A DNA stretch of 64,000 nt from Pseudomonadota bacterium (GCA_038134595.1 JAYPVM010000003.1:127629-191628); one strand, 5' to 3'; positions 40,869 to 51,293 are shown, counted from the first letter of the stretch. Made by a program: numbers and translations. The notes: generated by a model not told the origin, from the letters alone.

Positions 40869-41426
40869 CTAATCTTTATAGGTCAGATTTTGGTATACCG
40901 TATGTGCAAGCCGCAGGAAGCCTTCTGTATACATATTCTTTTTCTTAAATGCGACCTCAGAGCGTTGCCATGCCACAACATCCTCAATACATGAGTGATT
41001 GCGACGAGTAAACGTAACCATTACAATCGGCTCGGCATCCATTATCCCAGACACAAGTGTAACGAGAGTTTTTTCGACTCCTCGACTCACTGAGCTCTGG
41101 TCGAGAATAGTGGTGTTAACCAGCCCCACAAGCAGTTTTCTTGTTGATGCATTGAGCGAGAGGGGCTCTGGCAGAGAGCAGTCTGAAATGGCAGTGACAA
41201 ATACTGCCCGATTATCGGAAGCGGTGTCTTTGTCGATGGTGCAGGCATACACCACTGGGTCTCGAGAGGAGAAAGACGCCTCGCGGCATGTTACGTCACT
41301 GGGTTTGTTAAAATGCAGGGATGGGCTACTAGGTGTAGGAGTAGAGCTGCACCCTAGGAGAGTTAAGAGTGCTACGATAAATGAGTGCCTAGCAGTAAAG
41401 TCTAAAATGCGGTAGCTTTGTTTCAT
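40869..41426 (-). CDS. Hypothetical lipoprotein heading the mlaEFD operon
   Basis: Lipobox LLGC; four further Cys; 15-nt gap to mlaE. Confidence 0.7.
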   Translation of the reverse strand: MKQSYRILDFTARHSFIVALLTLLGCSSTPTPSSPSLHFNKPSDVTCREASFSSRDPVVYACTIDKDTASDNRAVFVTAISDCSLPEPLSLNASTRKLLVGLVNTTILDQSSVSRGVEKTLVTLVSGIMDAEPIVMVTFTRRNHSCIEDVVAWQRSEVAFKKKNMYTEGFLRLAHTVYQNLTYKD

Positions 41427-41541
41427 GTTATCGGGAGTTTATGTTGTGGTGGTATGGGTGGCAAGCTACTATGTGCAACTCGGCTAAATATCATCGATTT
41501 GCAGAGCGTTGGGGCGTTTTTGATTATAAGTTGCACGGCAT

Positions 41542-42240
41542 ATGATTCGTCTAAAGGGAGTTTCCAAGATATACCCACCCAATCAGCCCGCGCTACGGGG
41601 TGTCGATTTGAATATTTCGGCAGGAGAGTTTGTCTTTGTAGCGGGTGCTAGCGGAGCAGGTAAGAGTACATTTTTAAAGTTGCTTTTTGCCGGTGACACA
41701 CCCTCGACCGGAAGGGTGGAGGTTGCGGGAGTCGATGTCGCAGCCCTCGGATTCAAGCAGATTGCTGATTTGCGTAAGGATATTGGAATTGTTTTCCAGG
41801 ATTATAAACTCCTTAACCGGCGTACAGTGTTAGATAACGTAGCATTTAGCCTTGAGGTCTTAGGGGTGCAGAAAGCGAAACGGTGTGAGCTTGCAATGCG
41901 TTTGTTGCACATGATTGGTCTTCAAGACCGGGCAGAGGCGTATCCAGTTACGCTTTCGGGTGGAGAACAGCAACGCGTTGCTATAGCACGGGCGCTCATA
42001 CGGAAGCCTAAGGTGCTACTGGCTGATGAGCCGACGGGCAATCTAGACCAGGAGATGAGCCGAAGGATTTTTGACCTGCTGTTAGATGCAAACGCTATGG
42101 GGGTGACAGTAGTTGTTGCAACGCACAACTTAGCGATAATAGAGGACCTGAAGAAAAGAGTTCTCGTATTGGACCGAGGAAGAATTATCGGAGACTATAG
42201 TAGCTCGGGCGTTGATTCAAAGGAGGTGGTTTTAGGATGA
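41542..42240 (+). CDS. ftsE: Cell division ATP-binding protein FtsE
   Basis: [41 protein letters not shown]. Confidence 0.95.
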   Translation: MIRLKGVSKIYPPNQPALRGVDLNISAGEFVFVAGASGAGKSTFLKLLFAGDTPSTGRVEVAGVDVAALGFKQIADLRKDIGIVFQDYKLLNRRTVLDNVAFSLEVLGVQKAKRCELAMRLLHMIGLQDRAEAYPVTLSGGEQQRVAIARALIRKPKVLLADEPTGNLDQEMSRRIFDLLLDANAMGVTVVVATHNLAIIEDLKKRVLVLDRGRIIGDYSSSGVDSKEVVLG

Positions 42241-43229
42241 TCGAGGATCGCCAAGAACTTCAAGCCAATCTTGATTCGATTTGGGATGAGAGCTCGAAAC
42301 TTATGGGTATAGCGCCCAGCGCTAGGGTTGCACACATCGCTGCCCAAATGGTTCAGAACGTCCGTCGGTCTGTGGCAACGTTCCTGTTAACCGTACTGAC
42401 TATAGCTATGGCTGTTTCGTTAGTCGGATTTTTTTTACTGTCCTTGCACAACGCTTCATCCCGAGTGACCGATAGTGTGTCGGACTTGTCGGTTGTGGTT
42501 TTCTTTAAAGATTCGGCAACGCCTAAAAACATCTCCGATGTGCAATTGATGGTGAAAGAAAGTGGAGTGCCGGTATCTACGCTTGTGGTTGATAAGGTAA
42601 TGGCATTGGAGCGGTTCCGACGCTCGCTTGGGAGTGATGCCGGTCTTCTCGATGGCTTAGAAGATGATAACCCCCTGCCAGTGTCCCTCCACGTAACGCT
42701 GCAATCGCTGTCGGATGTGGAGAATTTGTACGCAAGTCTTGTTAGTTCCTTATCAGATCGATCTTTTGTCGATACCGTTCGCTATAGCGAAGGTGATGTG
42801 GATGTTTTAAAGAAGGTTATGCGCGGTGTTGAGGTAGTGGGGTTTGTCGTCGTATTGTTGCTTGGTGTATTGGCTAGCTTTGTCATAGCAAATACCATTC
42901 GCCTTGCACTAGTAAGCCACCGAATAGAGATCGATATCATGCGACTCATTGGAGCAAAGAGGAGAGAAATCTTTGCACCATTCCTTCTAGAGGGTTTTCT
43001 GCAGGGTCTCTGTGGAGCTGGTCTGGCGATTGGATTTTTGTATTTTGGAGTTATCGCCGGGAGGAGTGTAATACCGCAGATTGAAGTACTTCAATTCGTT
43101 GTTCCCAATCTATTGTTTGTTCCGGGCGACACTATTGTAGGTCTCATCGCTATGGGCGCTGGTGTTGGTTTGAGTGGTAGTTTTATCGCAGTCAGGCGGT
43201 TTCTGACAGAGGTGCGATTTCGCGGTTAA
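42237..43229 (+). CDS. ftsX: Cell division permease FtsX
   Basis: NPLP.S, IANTIRL, EI.IM.LIGA, PFLLEG. Confidence 0.93.
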   Translation: MIEDRQELQANLDSIWDESSKLMGIAPSARVAHIAAQMVQNVRRSVATFLLTVLTIAMAVSLVGFFLLSLHNASSRVTDSVSDLSVVVFFKDSATPKNISDVQLMVKESGVPVSTLVVDKVMALERFRRSLGSDAGLLDGLEDDNPLPVSLHVTLQSLSDVENLYASLVSSLSDRSFVDTVRYSEGDVDVLKKVMRGVEVVGFVVVLLLGVLASFVIANTIRLALVSHRIEIDIMRLIGAKRREIFAPFLLEGFLQGLCGAGLAIGFLYFGVIAGRSVIPQIEVLQFVVPNLLFVPGDTIVGLIAMGAGVGLSGSFIAVRRFLTEVRFRG

Positions 43230-43269
43230 AACTGCGATATAAGGTTCCCGTTTAATATCTATGTAGTGG

Positions 43270-44526
43270 TTGCGATACAAAATGATAGGCTACAGATTAT
43301 TACTGACGGGTCTTTGGATAGCGGGAGTTGTTTTCCTTGGCATTGGGATGGCTGGAGCTGATGAGCAATCCTTGCGAATACGGATATCCGAGATTAAGCG
43401 TGACGTCGACCGAACCGAGGCCTTTTTGGAGACGCTAAAGATTGAGTTTGGAAGATTGCAGAAAGAAAGAGCGCGGGCCGATTCGAGGCTGGAGATGTTG
43501 CGGTCAGAGGAGAGGGGGCTTAATCAGAGGATTGTCGCTATCGAAAGTGAGCGGAGCGCATTGCTCTCTCGGGTTAAAGGGGCAGAGGCGAGTGTCGTGC
43601 AGAGAAAAGATACTATGCGCCGCAGGATTGTATCTATTTATAAACAGAGCGCCGTGGCAACAGTTCCGATACTGCTTAGAGTATCGACTGGAAACGACCG
43701 CACCTCCAACTTGTACTTTGCCAGACAGGTTCGCGCTCACGATAGACGGCGGTTCGAAAAGCTTCAAGAGGCTCTTCAAGAGTTAAACGAAGCCCGGATT
43801 GTACTTGATCGATCGTATGCGGATGAGCGGAATCAAAGGGAGAAATTGATTGCAAATTTGAGTGAAGCGGAGCGAGAGCGGTCTCGATTGTCAGAGGCCG
43901 TCGAAGGAATGAGACGCAAACAGTCCGCGGCTAAAGCATCTCTTGTCTCATTGCAGGGCAGGGCGCGTCTGCTCGATACTCTGATGCGGAATCTACTTGA
44001 CCGCTCCTCGGATTATAGTGGGGCAGTTGTAAAGGGGATCGATAAGAGGCTCGAAAGGCCACTAGACGGAAAACTTGACGGCAACAAGAGTCAACGCCCC
44101 AGAGTTCTCGATGACTCACAAGGGGGCCTGTTTGAGAAAGGAGCGGTCTTGTTCAAGCCGGCTGAGGGGACAATACTGAGGCCGTTCGGGAAAAGGAAGG
44201 TACGAAATTTTTCAGATATCGTGTTTTCCAAGGGGATCGAACTTAAAGTACAAGAGACCGGTGATATTAAAGCTGTTAAATCTGGTCGAGTGGCATTTGT
44301 TGGAGAGATGCCTGGTTATGACAAAGTTGTGGTTCTTGATCATGGCCATCGAACTCATTCTTTGTACGGAAAACTTGCGGATTTCTCGGTTATGGTCGGT
44401 GATCTGGTTCCAGGTGGAGGGGTCGTAGGAAACGCCTCGACTAATGAACAAAATTTCAAAAGATTTTACTTTGAGATTCGAAAAAATGGCCAGTCTGTGA
44501 ATCCGAGCCGACTAAAGTTGTTTTGA
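43270..44526 (+). CDS. envC: Murein hydrolase activator EnvC
   Basis: Signal peptide, long coiled coil, degenerate M23 domain (KGIEL, YGKL, FEIRKNG..VNP); follows ftsEX. Confidence 0.88.
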   Translation: MRYKMIGYRLLLTGLWIAGVVFLGIGMAGADEQSLRIRISEIKRDVDRTEAFLETLKIEFGRLQKERARADSRLEMLRSEERGLNQRIVAIESERSALLSRVKGAEASVVQRKDTMRRRIVSIYKQSAVATVPILLRVSTGNDRTSNLYFARQVRAHDRRRFEKLQEALQELNEARIVLDRSYADERNQREKLIANLSEAERERSRLSEAVEGMRRKQSAAKASLVSLQGRARLLDTLMRNLLDRSSDYSGAVVKGIDKRLERPLDGKLDGNKSQRPRVLDDSQGGLFEKGAVLFKPAEGTILRPFGKRKVRNFSDIVFSKGIELKVQETGDIKAVKSGRVAFVGEMPGYDKVVVLDHGHRTHSLYGKLADFSVMVGDLVPGGGVVGNASTNEQNFKRFYFEIRKNGQSVNPSRLKLF

Positions 44527-45355
44527 GTTTTGGACTGACGGGCAGTTTATAGATAGAGAGTCGGGGATTTCGCGTATCCCAGTGTCGATGTTCTAGAATT
44601 TTTATGGGGTTGCCCCGTATCGTGGAGGAGGCAAAAGTTTCTTCAGAGTTTGATGTGCCACACGATCGCTACTAACGGTTCACCTAATCTTGTAGACCCC
44701 TGGCCTAAGAGTTTTCTGAAGGGATACACAGGACGTTTGTCCCGGTTTGTAGACCGAGGCGATACCATAACACCATTTTACTCGCGCGATTGCTCTACAT
44801 TGGTATTACCAAAGGGCGAGCTTTTTTAGGTGTTGGCACCGAATAGGAAGCTCCACATCTTCGATTTGTTGGACGCCAATTGTCGTGGGTGAGAAGAGGC
44901 GTGATGAGCTTGGGTTCAGATTGATGGAACATCCGACAAGGTGAGTATCCGAACGATGAGGAAAGTATGATGTTTTGTCTTGGAAAGAACTAAGAGAGAT
45001 AAAGTGGCATACGCTTGTATGAGCCCCAGTATAATCTAAGTAATGTTTCAGCGAAATCTGGATGAATCCACTTGAAACACTACTTGGCCTTTAATAGCAT
45101 TAAGCTGGGAGCGGAGTTTAGATAGGTGATTTGTTAGGCTTGCATGGTTTTGGCTTAGATCGAACGCAAGCGAAGCTGGATTGATGTCTCGTGCATCCAA
45201 GGTTAAGGAGTCTTTTATCACCTGAACTTTCGAGGGAGAATTTTCGGGTGGGAGTGTGAAGCTGTTGGAGCTCCGGAGTTCGGAGCGGAATTTTAAGATT
45301 TGTGAGACTCATTGGTTGATTCCAACCGGAGTCATGAAGAACATAAGGGGTTCGG

Positions 45356-46798
45356 TTGAAAGTAGTCTCGTTTTTCCTCGATTATTTGGATCTGTCGAAG
45401 TGGTCAGCGCGTGAGAGGGCTATTGGTCTCTTGTGTGCGGTACTCGGTTTGTGTCTTGTTTTTGGAGAGGTTCATTTCCCCACGTTAAGTGCAAGAGAGG
45501 CTCCGAGTGAGAGCAGCTTGTTTGAGGAGCTTAAAGTTTTTACCGACGTACTTTCGGTCGTTAAGCGGGATTATGTCAATGAGGTGGAAAATAAGAAAAT
45601 TGTAGAAGGGGCAATTAAGGGGATGCTTGCCACCCTTGATCCACACAGTGGCTACTTAGATCCGGATTTCTATCAAGACTTGCAAGTCCAAACAAAGGGA
45701 GAATTTGGAGGTCTGGGCTTAGAGATAACGATCAAAGAGGGACTGCTTTTTGTAGTGGCCCCTATGGAAGATACCCCCGCCGAAAAAGCTGGCGTTAGAG
45801 CCGGTGACGTAATTGTGAAAATAGACGGAAAGTTCACCAAAGAGTTCTCGCTTGTGGATGCTGTTAAGCGACTTCGAGGTCCCAAGGGAAGCCCAATTCA
45901 GATATCTATTGGCCGCAAGGGGCACAATGGATTAATAGATATTACCATTATTCGCGACACGATAGAGGTACACAGCGTCAAGTCGCGTTATTTAGAAGAT
46001 GGTTTTGGTTATGTGCGAATCAGTCAATTTATGGAGCAGACGGCTGACGATTTGGGTAATGCCTTGGCTCGCTTAAAGCGAGCAAGTGGTGAGGAAGGGT
46101 TGCGCGGGCTTATCCTTGATTTACGAAACAATCCTGGAGGACTTTTGGCTCAAGCGGTGAAGGTGGGGGATCTTTTTCTGCGCGAAGGAGTCATCGTGTA
46201 TACCGACGGGCGAGTGGACGCTCAAAAACAGAAGTTTTTCGCGAAGTCTAAGGGAACCGAGCCTGAATATCCTGTTGTCGTGCTTGTTAACGCCGGGTCT
46301 GCATCGGCTTCTGAAATCGTAGCTGGAGCTCTAAAAGATCATGGTCGGGCGCTGATTGTAGGGGAACAGACATTCGGCAAAGGTTCAGTCCAGACGATTA
46401 CCCCACTAGAAAATGGAGGCGCACTAACGCTTACCACTGCTCTGTATTATACAAAGAGCGGGAGCTCAATCCAGGCTCGCGGGGTTCGGCCAGATATTGA
46501 GGTTCAGAGACGTGAGACATTAAAGGCTCAAGTAGAGAATTCTACTGGTTCTGGTACTCTTAGTAATATTCGAGAGGAGGATTTGCCCGGCGCAATAAAC
46601 AACCCAACCGAAAATCTAAACGACGGTGGTGAGGGACTACAACGCAGCAAGGTGACCCAACCTGTTGATTTATCGGTAATAAATCCGGAGACCGTGGATG
46701 TCGAGGATTGGGTTGCTAGGGATTCTCAATTTGAGCGCGCCCTAGACTTACTCAAGACTTTCACTGTTTTTCAGTCTCCAGTCGTTCCAGCGGCTTGA
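45356..46798 (+). CDS. ctpA: Carboxy-terminal processing protease (S41A, CtpA/Tsp-like)
   Basis: LDPHS, GEFGGLG PDZ, DLRNNPGG, SASASEIVAGAL, TFGKGSVQ. Confidence 0.94.
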   Translation: MKVVSFFLDYLDLSKWSARERAIGLLCAVLGLCLVFGEVHFPTLSAREAPSESSLFEELKVFTDVLSVVKRDYVNEVENKKIVEGAIKGMLATLDPHSGYLDPDFYQDLQVQTKGEFGGLGLEITIKEGLLFVVAPMEDTPAEKAGVRAGDVIVKIDGKFTKEFSLVDAVKRLRGPKGSPIQISIGRKGHNGLIDITIIRDTIEVHSVKSRYLEDGFGYVRISQFMEQTADDLGNALARLKRASGEEGLRGLILDLRNNPGGLLAQAVKVGDLFLREGVIVYTDGRVDAQKQKFFAKSKGTEPEYPVVVLVNAGSASASEIVAGALKDHGRALIVGEQTFGKGSVQTITPLENGGALTLTTALYYTKSGSSIQARGVRPDIEVQRRETLKAQVENSTGSGTLSNIREEDLPGAINNPTENLNDGGEGLQRSKVTQPVDLSVINPETVDVEDWVARDSQFERALDLLKTFTVFQSPVVPAA

Positions 46799-46823
46799 AC
46801 GGTTTCTCTTCCTAGCTTATACT
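46795..46823 (+). promoter_or_regulatory. sigma70 promoter of tRNA-Val (stringent-type discriminator)
   Basis: TTGAAC-17 nt-TATACT followed by GC-rich CGCCCG. Confidence 0.75.
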
Positions 46824-46838
46824 CGCCCGACGGTTTGG

Positions 46839-46912
<74 letters not shown>

Positions 46913-47115
46913 TTCTGGATCGTTACACAAAAGCACCCTTGTAAGGGGTTGTAATCGGTTAAAAAACCCGCGCAGTAATCGCTTGGCTTTAGAGAAATAT
47001 CGTCTGGCCAACGGTAGGTGAGTGGCTGGGATCCCAAATTTTGATACAATTTTGGGCGCTTGGGCTTGATAAGAACGCACAGAAAGTGTACTTACGGGGT
47101 ACAGGTAGGAGTGTT

Positions 47116-47313
47116 ATGCCAAAGATTAAGACAAAAAAAATAGCCAAAAAGAAATTTTCGATAAATAAGAAGGGGACGATCAAGCGAGCTAGTGCGCATC
47201 ATTCCCACAATACTGCAAAAAAGAGCCCGAAGCGTCGTAGGAATTTAGGCCAGATGAAGTTAGTCGATGATACGAATGCGAGTGCAATCAAGAGGCAGCT
47301 TCCGTACGCTTAG
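47116..47313 (+). CDS. rpmI: 50S ribosomal protein L35
   Basis: MPKIKTKK.AKK.F, H.H...KKS.KRRR.L, LPY; AGGAG RBS before ATG 47116. Confidence 0.96.
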   Translation: MPKIKTKKIAKKKFSINKKGTIKRASAHHSHNTAKKSPKRRRNLGQMKLVDDTNASAIKRQLPYA

Positions 47314-47352
47314 GCGGATCGGTTCGGTATAGTAACGTAGAGGTAAAGTACG

Positions 47353-47703
47353 ATGAGAGTTAAAAGAGGATATGCAAGCCGCCGTCGTCATAAAAGACGA
47401 TTGAAGTTAGCTGAAGGCTATCGAGGTAGAAGGAGTGATTGTTTTAAACTCGCAAAGACCGCTGTTGAAAAGGCACTTCAGTTTTCTTACCGAGATCGTA
47501 GAGCGAAGAAGAGAGAATTTCGTTCGCTTTGGATTTTGCGGATTAATGCAGCAGCGCGCACAAACGGCCTAAGTTACAGCCGTTTTATGAGAGGTTTATC
47601 TTTAGCTAATATTGACCTCGACAGAAAAGTATTGGCGGAGCTAGCGTTTACAGACCCAGCATCATTTGCGGTCGTTGCTGAAAAAGCCAAGGCAGCTTTG
47701 TAG
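47353..47703 (+). CDS. rplT: 50S ribosomal protein L20
   Basis: [37 protein letters not shown]. Confidence 0.98.
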   Translation: MRVKRGYASRRRHKRRLKLAEGYRGRRSDCFKLAKTAVEKALQFSYRDRRAKKREFRSLWILRINAAARTNGLSYSRFMRGLSLANIDLDRKVLAELAFTDPASFAVVAEKAKAAL

Positions 47704-47736
47704 TCAAAAGCGGCTTTTTAAGCGTTCACAAGTGAG

Positions 47737-47775
47737 AAAGGACGAACTCTAAAAAAGTTCGTCCTTTTTGTTTTT
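47737..47775 (+). terminator. Intrinsic terminator after rplT
   Basis: AAAGGACGAACT/AGTTCGTCCTTT stem followed by T-runs. Confidence 0.88.
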
Positions 47776-47824
47776 ACTGTCCGTCGTTACAGATGGGGGC
47801 TTCTTATCTCTTGTCTTTTTGTAG

Positions 47825-48316
47825 TTGTGGGTGTGGGGCAATCTGGTGTTCGAAAAAAGCGATAATTTGTCGGATCTTCAGGTAAGCTCAGTTTCGGATA
47901 TCTGGAGCGCACAGCTCGAATATATCGATGCTAGATGCAATCCTGCGCCTTGGACAGCATCTCTTTTTGCTCGTGAGTTTATTAATCCATGCGCCCGGAT
48001 TCGAGGTCTGTTCTGCGAAGCCTCGGTTATAGGGTTTTTGATTGGTCACATTGTCTTTGATGAGGCTCATATCGTCTCTCTCGGAGTTTTACCCGAGCAT
48101 AGGAAAAAGGGAGGAGGACAACGGCTGCTCAGTGACTTTGTGCGGATATGTCAAATAGAGGGAGTTAGTCGGTTGACGCTTCAGGTTCGTCGTAGCAACA
48201 GTAGTGCGCGACGGTTGTATGTTCGCAATGATTTTACGAACTCTGGGGTTCGCAGGAACTATTATTCTGATAATGGCGAAGATGCAATTACGATGGGCCG
48301 CTACGTGGGACGTTGA
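47825..48316 (+). CDS. rimI: Ribosomal protein S18 alanine N-acetyltransferase (GNAT)
   Basis: PW, DEAHI..LGV.PEHRKKG.G, L.VR.SN..A..LY, G.R.NYY..NGEDA..M. Confidence 0.88.
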   Translation: MWVWGNLVFEKSDNLSDLQVSSVSDIWSAQLEYIDARCNPAPWTASLFAREFINPCARIRGLFCEASVIGFLIGHIVFDEAHIVSLGVLPEHRKKGGGQRLLSDFVRICQIEGVSRLTLQVRRSNSSARRLYVRNDFTNSGVRRNYYSDNGEDAITMGRYVGR

Positions 48317-48558
48317 GGGCGCTGCGACGTTAGTGCCACTACCAACTTATTTTGAGCGGTTTCATATGTGAGAGTTTCGTCAATGGGATATGAACATAGA
48401 GTTTCGATCGAGTTGATGCTGGCAGAAAGTTAGTTCGTCGGATCTTTATCCCTCTCGTTTGAGCTTCACTAGAATTAGCAGATGAGTGTAACGTGTTGAA
48501 TATGCGCTTATTTCCTGCTTTTTATGAATTATAACATCCGGCTTGCGAGGGTGGTATG

Positions 48559-48602
48559 GTTCTGATAGTCCAATGGGCTTCTATGTTCTGATAGAGCCAA
48601 TG
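48559..48602 (+). repeat. Imperfect direct repeat upstream of carD promoter
   Basis: GTTCTGATAG(T/AG)CCAATG twice, at 48559 and 48585. Confidence 0.6.
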
Positions 48603-48617
48603 CTCTCTGGACCCAGT

Positions 48618-48646
48618 TTGCGTTTGGACAGTAAGTGCTGTAGTAT
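48618..48646 (+). promoter_or_regulatory. sigma70-like promoter candidate for carD-ispD-ispF
   Basis: TTGCGT-17 nt-TAGTAT. Confidence 0.45.
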
Positions 48647-48803
48647 AACGGGAGTTGCTCGGCAAGGATTATCGGATGTGGTGGTAATAATACCCCAGTG
48701 CATTTTGTGGATGCGCATTCGAGAAGATGCCTATTGAGTGCCGCAGGCCGCTATGTGGGTGTTCCGGCGGGGTATCTTCAATTAGTTCGGGTACTTCTAT
48801 CCC

Positions 48804-49988
48804 ATGGGAGGGGGAAAAACCTTGACAACTTCAAAACGTGCTACACCAAAAACTACCGCAAATACAAAGAAGAAGGTTGCAGGTGCAACAAAAGGTGGAT
48901 CTCGTTCTATCGCCTCTAAAACGAAGAAGGCTGTCGCTAAGAAGACAGTAACCAAGAAGGCAGTAGCCAAGAAGACAGTAGCCAAGAAGGCAGTCGCCAA
49001 GAAGGCAGTCGCCAAGAAGGCAGTCGCCAAGAAGGCAGTAGCCAAGAAGACAGTAGCCAAGAAGACAGTAGCCAAGAAGACAGTCGCCAAGAAGACAGTT
49101 GCCAAGAAGGCAGTGGCTAAGAAGACAGTGGCTAAATCAATATCAAGTAAAGCATCTGTGGAAAAAGAAAAAAGCACGTCGTTAAAATCTGTTAAAAATG
49201 GTGATGCAAAGGCTTCTTTGAGTTCTCAAAAGAAGATATCGGTTGCAGAGAAGCTTTCAACTTCACATTTGGTCAAAAAGCAGCCACGGGCGGCCGTGTC
49301 TAAGCCAAAGAGGGGATTAAAGCTTGTTAAAAAGGGCCCTATAAAAGTACCAGCAACGAAGATTAGTCGCTCTGACTCGTACTCGGGAGAAAGTAAGGTT
49401 ATTATGGGCAGGTTCTCTTTCGGTGAGGAGGAAGCAAAGCCTTTGGTAGTGCGCAAGGCGCCTGTCGAAGGGAGTACCGAAAGCCATACAAGGGGCCCTG
49501 TGATGCTATTCAAGACAGGCGATAAGATCGTTTACCCTGGGCACGGGGTTGGCGAGATAGAGGGGATTCGCAGTACGGTATTAGATGGACAAGAACATCA
49601 TATTTACAACATTACGATCTTAGAAAGCGGCATGAAGGTGATGGTGCCAGTATCTCAGGCGAGCGCCGTCGGTTTGAGAAAGATAATCGATAAGAGGACT
49701 ATCGATGAAGTGTTTACGATCTTACGGGATAGGGATTTTAAGATAGATACCCAAACGTGGAATAGACGATTTCGAGAGTACTCTCAAAAGATAAAAACAG
49801 GATCGGTATTTGAGATAGCCGTGGTGCTTCGTGATCTCTCAGTTCTCAGCGTTGATAAGGAATTGTCCTTTGGCGAGAAGAAAATGCTTGATATGGCGGA
49901 GTCGCTTCTTGTTTCAGAGATAGCTTTGGCACGCTCCCGTCCACACGATAAGGTTGTAGGAGAGTTAAGGGCTCTGTTCACCTCCTAA
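48804..49988 (+). CDS. carD: CarD/CdnL family transcription factor with N-terminal histone H1/Hc2-like domain
   Basis: C-terminal 161 aa: [20 protein letters not shown]...[29 protein letters not shown]-terminal Lys/Ala repeats; likely start TTG 48822 behind GGAGG. Confidence 0.92.
   Translation: MGGGKTLTTSKRATPKTTANTKKKVAGATKGGSRSIASKTKKAVAKKTVTKKAVAKKTVAKKAVAKKAVAKKAVAKKAVAKKTVAKKTVAKKTVAKKTVAKKAVAKKTVAKSISSKASVEKEKSTSLKSVKNGDAKASLSSQKKISVAEKLSTSHLVKKQPRAAVSKPKRGLKLVKKGPIKVPATKISRSDSYSGESKVIMGRFSFGEEEAKPLVVRKAPVEGSTESHTRGPVMLFKTGDKIVYPGHGVGEIEGIRSTVLDGQEHHIYNITILESGMKVMVPVSQASAVGLRKIIDKRTIDEVFTILRDRDFKIDTQTWNRRFREYSQKIKTGSVFEIAVVLRDLSVLSVDKELSFGEKKMLDMAESLLVSEIALARSRPHDKVVGELRALFTS
48924..49133 (+). 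repeat. 14 x 15-bp coding tandem repeat (KK[A/T]V[A/T])
   Basis: AAGAAGRCWGTNRCY units, variation mostly at synonymous sites. Confidence 0.95.
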
Positions 49989-49999
49989 GGGGGCTCCCA

Positions 50000-50719
50000 G
50001 TGGTTTATTCGGTTGTAATACCTGCCGCAGGCAGTGGTGCTCGTATGGGTGCAAGTGTTCCAAAGGTTTTGCTTCAAATACCGGAGCATCCGTCGGATCA
50101 CAGTATCCTAATGGAGACAGTAGCGACGTTTCATTCAGATCCTCGTTGTAGACATGTTATAATATGCTATCCCGCGTCTTTCGCCGAGGATTTCGGCGCT
50201 CAGCTTGGACACTTCGACCGAGTGCAGTTAGTTGCTGGCGGGCAGACTCGGCAAGAGTCGGTATATAAGGGAGTTCAAGCTCTGATTGCTAGAGATGATC
50301 TAGGTTCCTCGTCTGTTGTGCTGGTTCACGATGCGGCTAGGTGTTGTGTTGATCGTGTTACGATACAGAATGTGCTTGAGGGTGTAGCCAATTATGGAGC
50401 TGTGACCGCGGGGATGCCCGCGGTGGATTCCCTATGCCGTGTTGATGATTCTGCGGCCGTATTATCCTATCTTGACCGTAGTACGATCTTTATGGTGCAG
50501 ACGCCACAGGGGTTCATACTTGAGGACCTGTATGCCGCACACAGGCAGGCGCTTCATGAAGGAATAGAAGCAACGGACGATGCAAGTTTGGTTGCTCGTA
50601 TTCGTAGTGTTCATATGGTAGTCGGTAATAAGGCAAATCTAAAGGTGACCCATCCTGGTGATATGAAGGCGGTCGAGTTTTACTGCAGTAAGCGTGAGGG
50701 AGCTGATGAGGGAGATTAG
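50000..50719 (+). CDS. ispD: 2-C-methyl-D-erythritol 4-phosphate cytidylyltransferase
   Basis: IPAAGSGARMG, GG.TRQESV, LVHDAAR, VQTPQGF, TDDAS, NLKVTHP.D. Confidence 0.95.
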   Translation: MVYSVVIPAAGSGARMGASVPKVLLQIPEHPSDHSILMETVATFHSDPRCRHVIICYPASFAEDFGAQLGHFDRVQLVAGGQTRQESVYKGVQALIARDDLGSSSVVLVHDAARCCVDRVTIQNVLEGVANYGAVTAGMPAVDSLCRVDDSAAVLSYLDRSTIFMVQTPQGFILEDLYAAHRQALHEGIEATDDASLVARIRSVHMVVGNKANLKVTHPGDMKAVEFYCSKREGADEGD

Positions 50720-51188
50720 AATAGGACAAGGGATCGATGTGCATTGTTTTGAGGACGGTCGCCGCTGTATTCTTGGTGGTATAGAGATTCCTAGTGCTAA
50801 AGGGTTAAAGGGGCATTCGGACGCTGATGTTGTGGTGCATGCGCTTATGGATGCAATTTTAGGTGCCCTCGGGCGGGAGGATATTGGAACGTACTTTCCA
50901 GATTCGGACGCTCAGTACAAAGATGCAGATAGCTGCAACTTGTTGTCTGAGGTGTGGACGCTTGCATGTGGTGAGGGATGGGAAATAATTAATGCCGATA
51001 TTACTCTATTGGCAGAGTTTCCGAAGATTAAGCCTTTTGTAAAAGCCATTAGGACTAAACTGTCGGGCTTGTTAGATACTACACCAGATAGGATTACGAT
51101 AAAGGCCACTACGAGTGAGCGGATGGGTTTTGTTGGTAGAGAGGAGGGCGTTTGGTCGTCTGCAGTGGTTCTTCTTGGGCGCTCGTAA
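50706..51188 (+). CDS. ispF: 2-C-methyl-D-erythritol 2,4-cyclodiphosphate synthase
   Basis: RIGQG.DVH, GHSDADV..HA..DAILGA, DIG.YFPD, KATT.E.MGF.GREEG. Confidence 0.97.
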   Translation: MREIRIGQGIDVHCFEDGRRCILGGIEIPSAKGLKGHSDADVVVHALMDAILGALGREDIGTYFPDSDAQYKDADSCNLLSEVWTLACGEGWEIINADITLLAEFPKIKPFVKAIRTKLSGLLDTTPDRITIKATTSERMGFVGREEGVWSSAVVLLGRS

Positions 51189-51293
51189 TTAAATTTCTTC
51201 AAAGGAGAATTTTCGGGAGACTATTAGTTAGAGAATAAATCCACGGGGGCAAGAGAATAATCTGATTCTGTTTCGCCATGCTTCGTTGGATTT

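Noticed and set aside
44200..44526. Loss of Zn ligands in the M23 domain as a novelty
   Set aside because: A degenerate LytM domain is the normal state of EnvC.
45005..45020. sigma54 promoters (TGGCA sites here and near 7708, 54055-54070 minus, 59747)
   Set aside because: GG-N10-GC spacing or the -12 GC is not met.
48797..49177. Minus-strand ORF with [10 protein letters not shown] repeats
   Set aside because: Antisense shadow of the KKAVA repeat; variation falls at + strand wobble positions.
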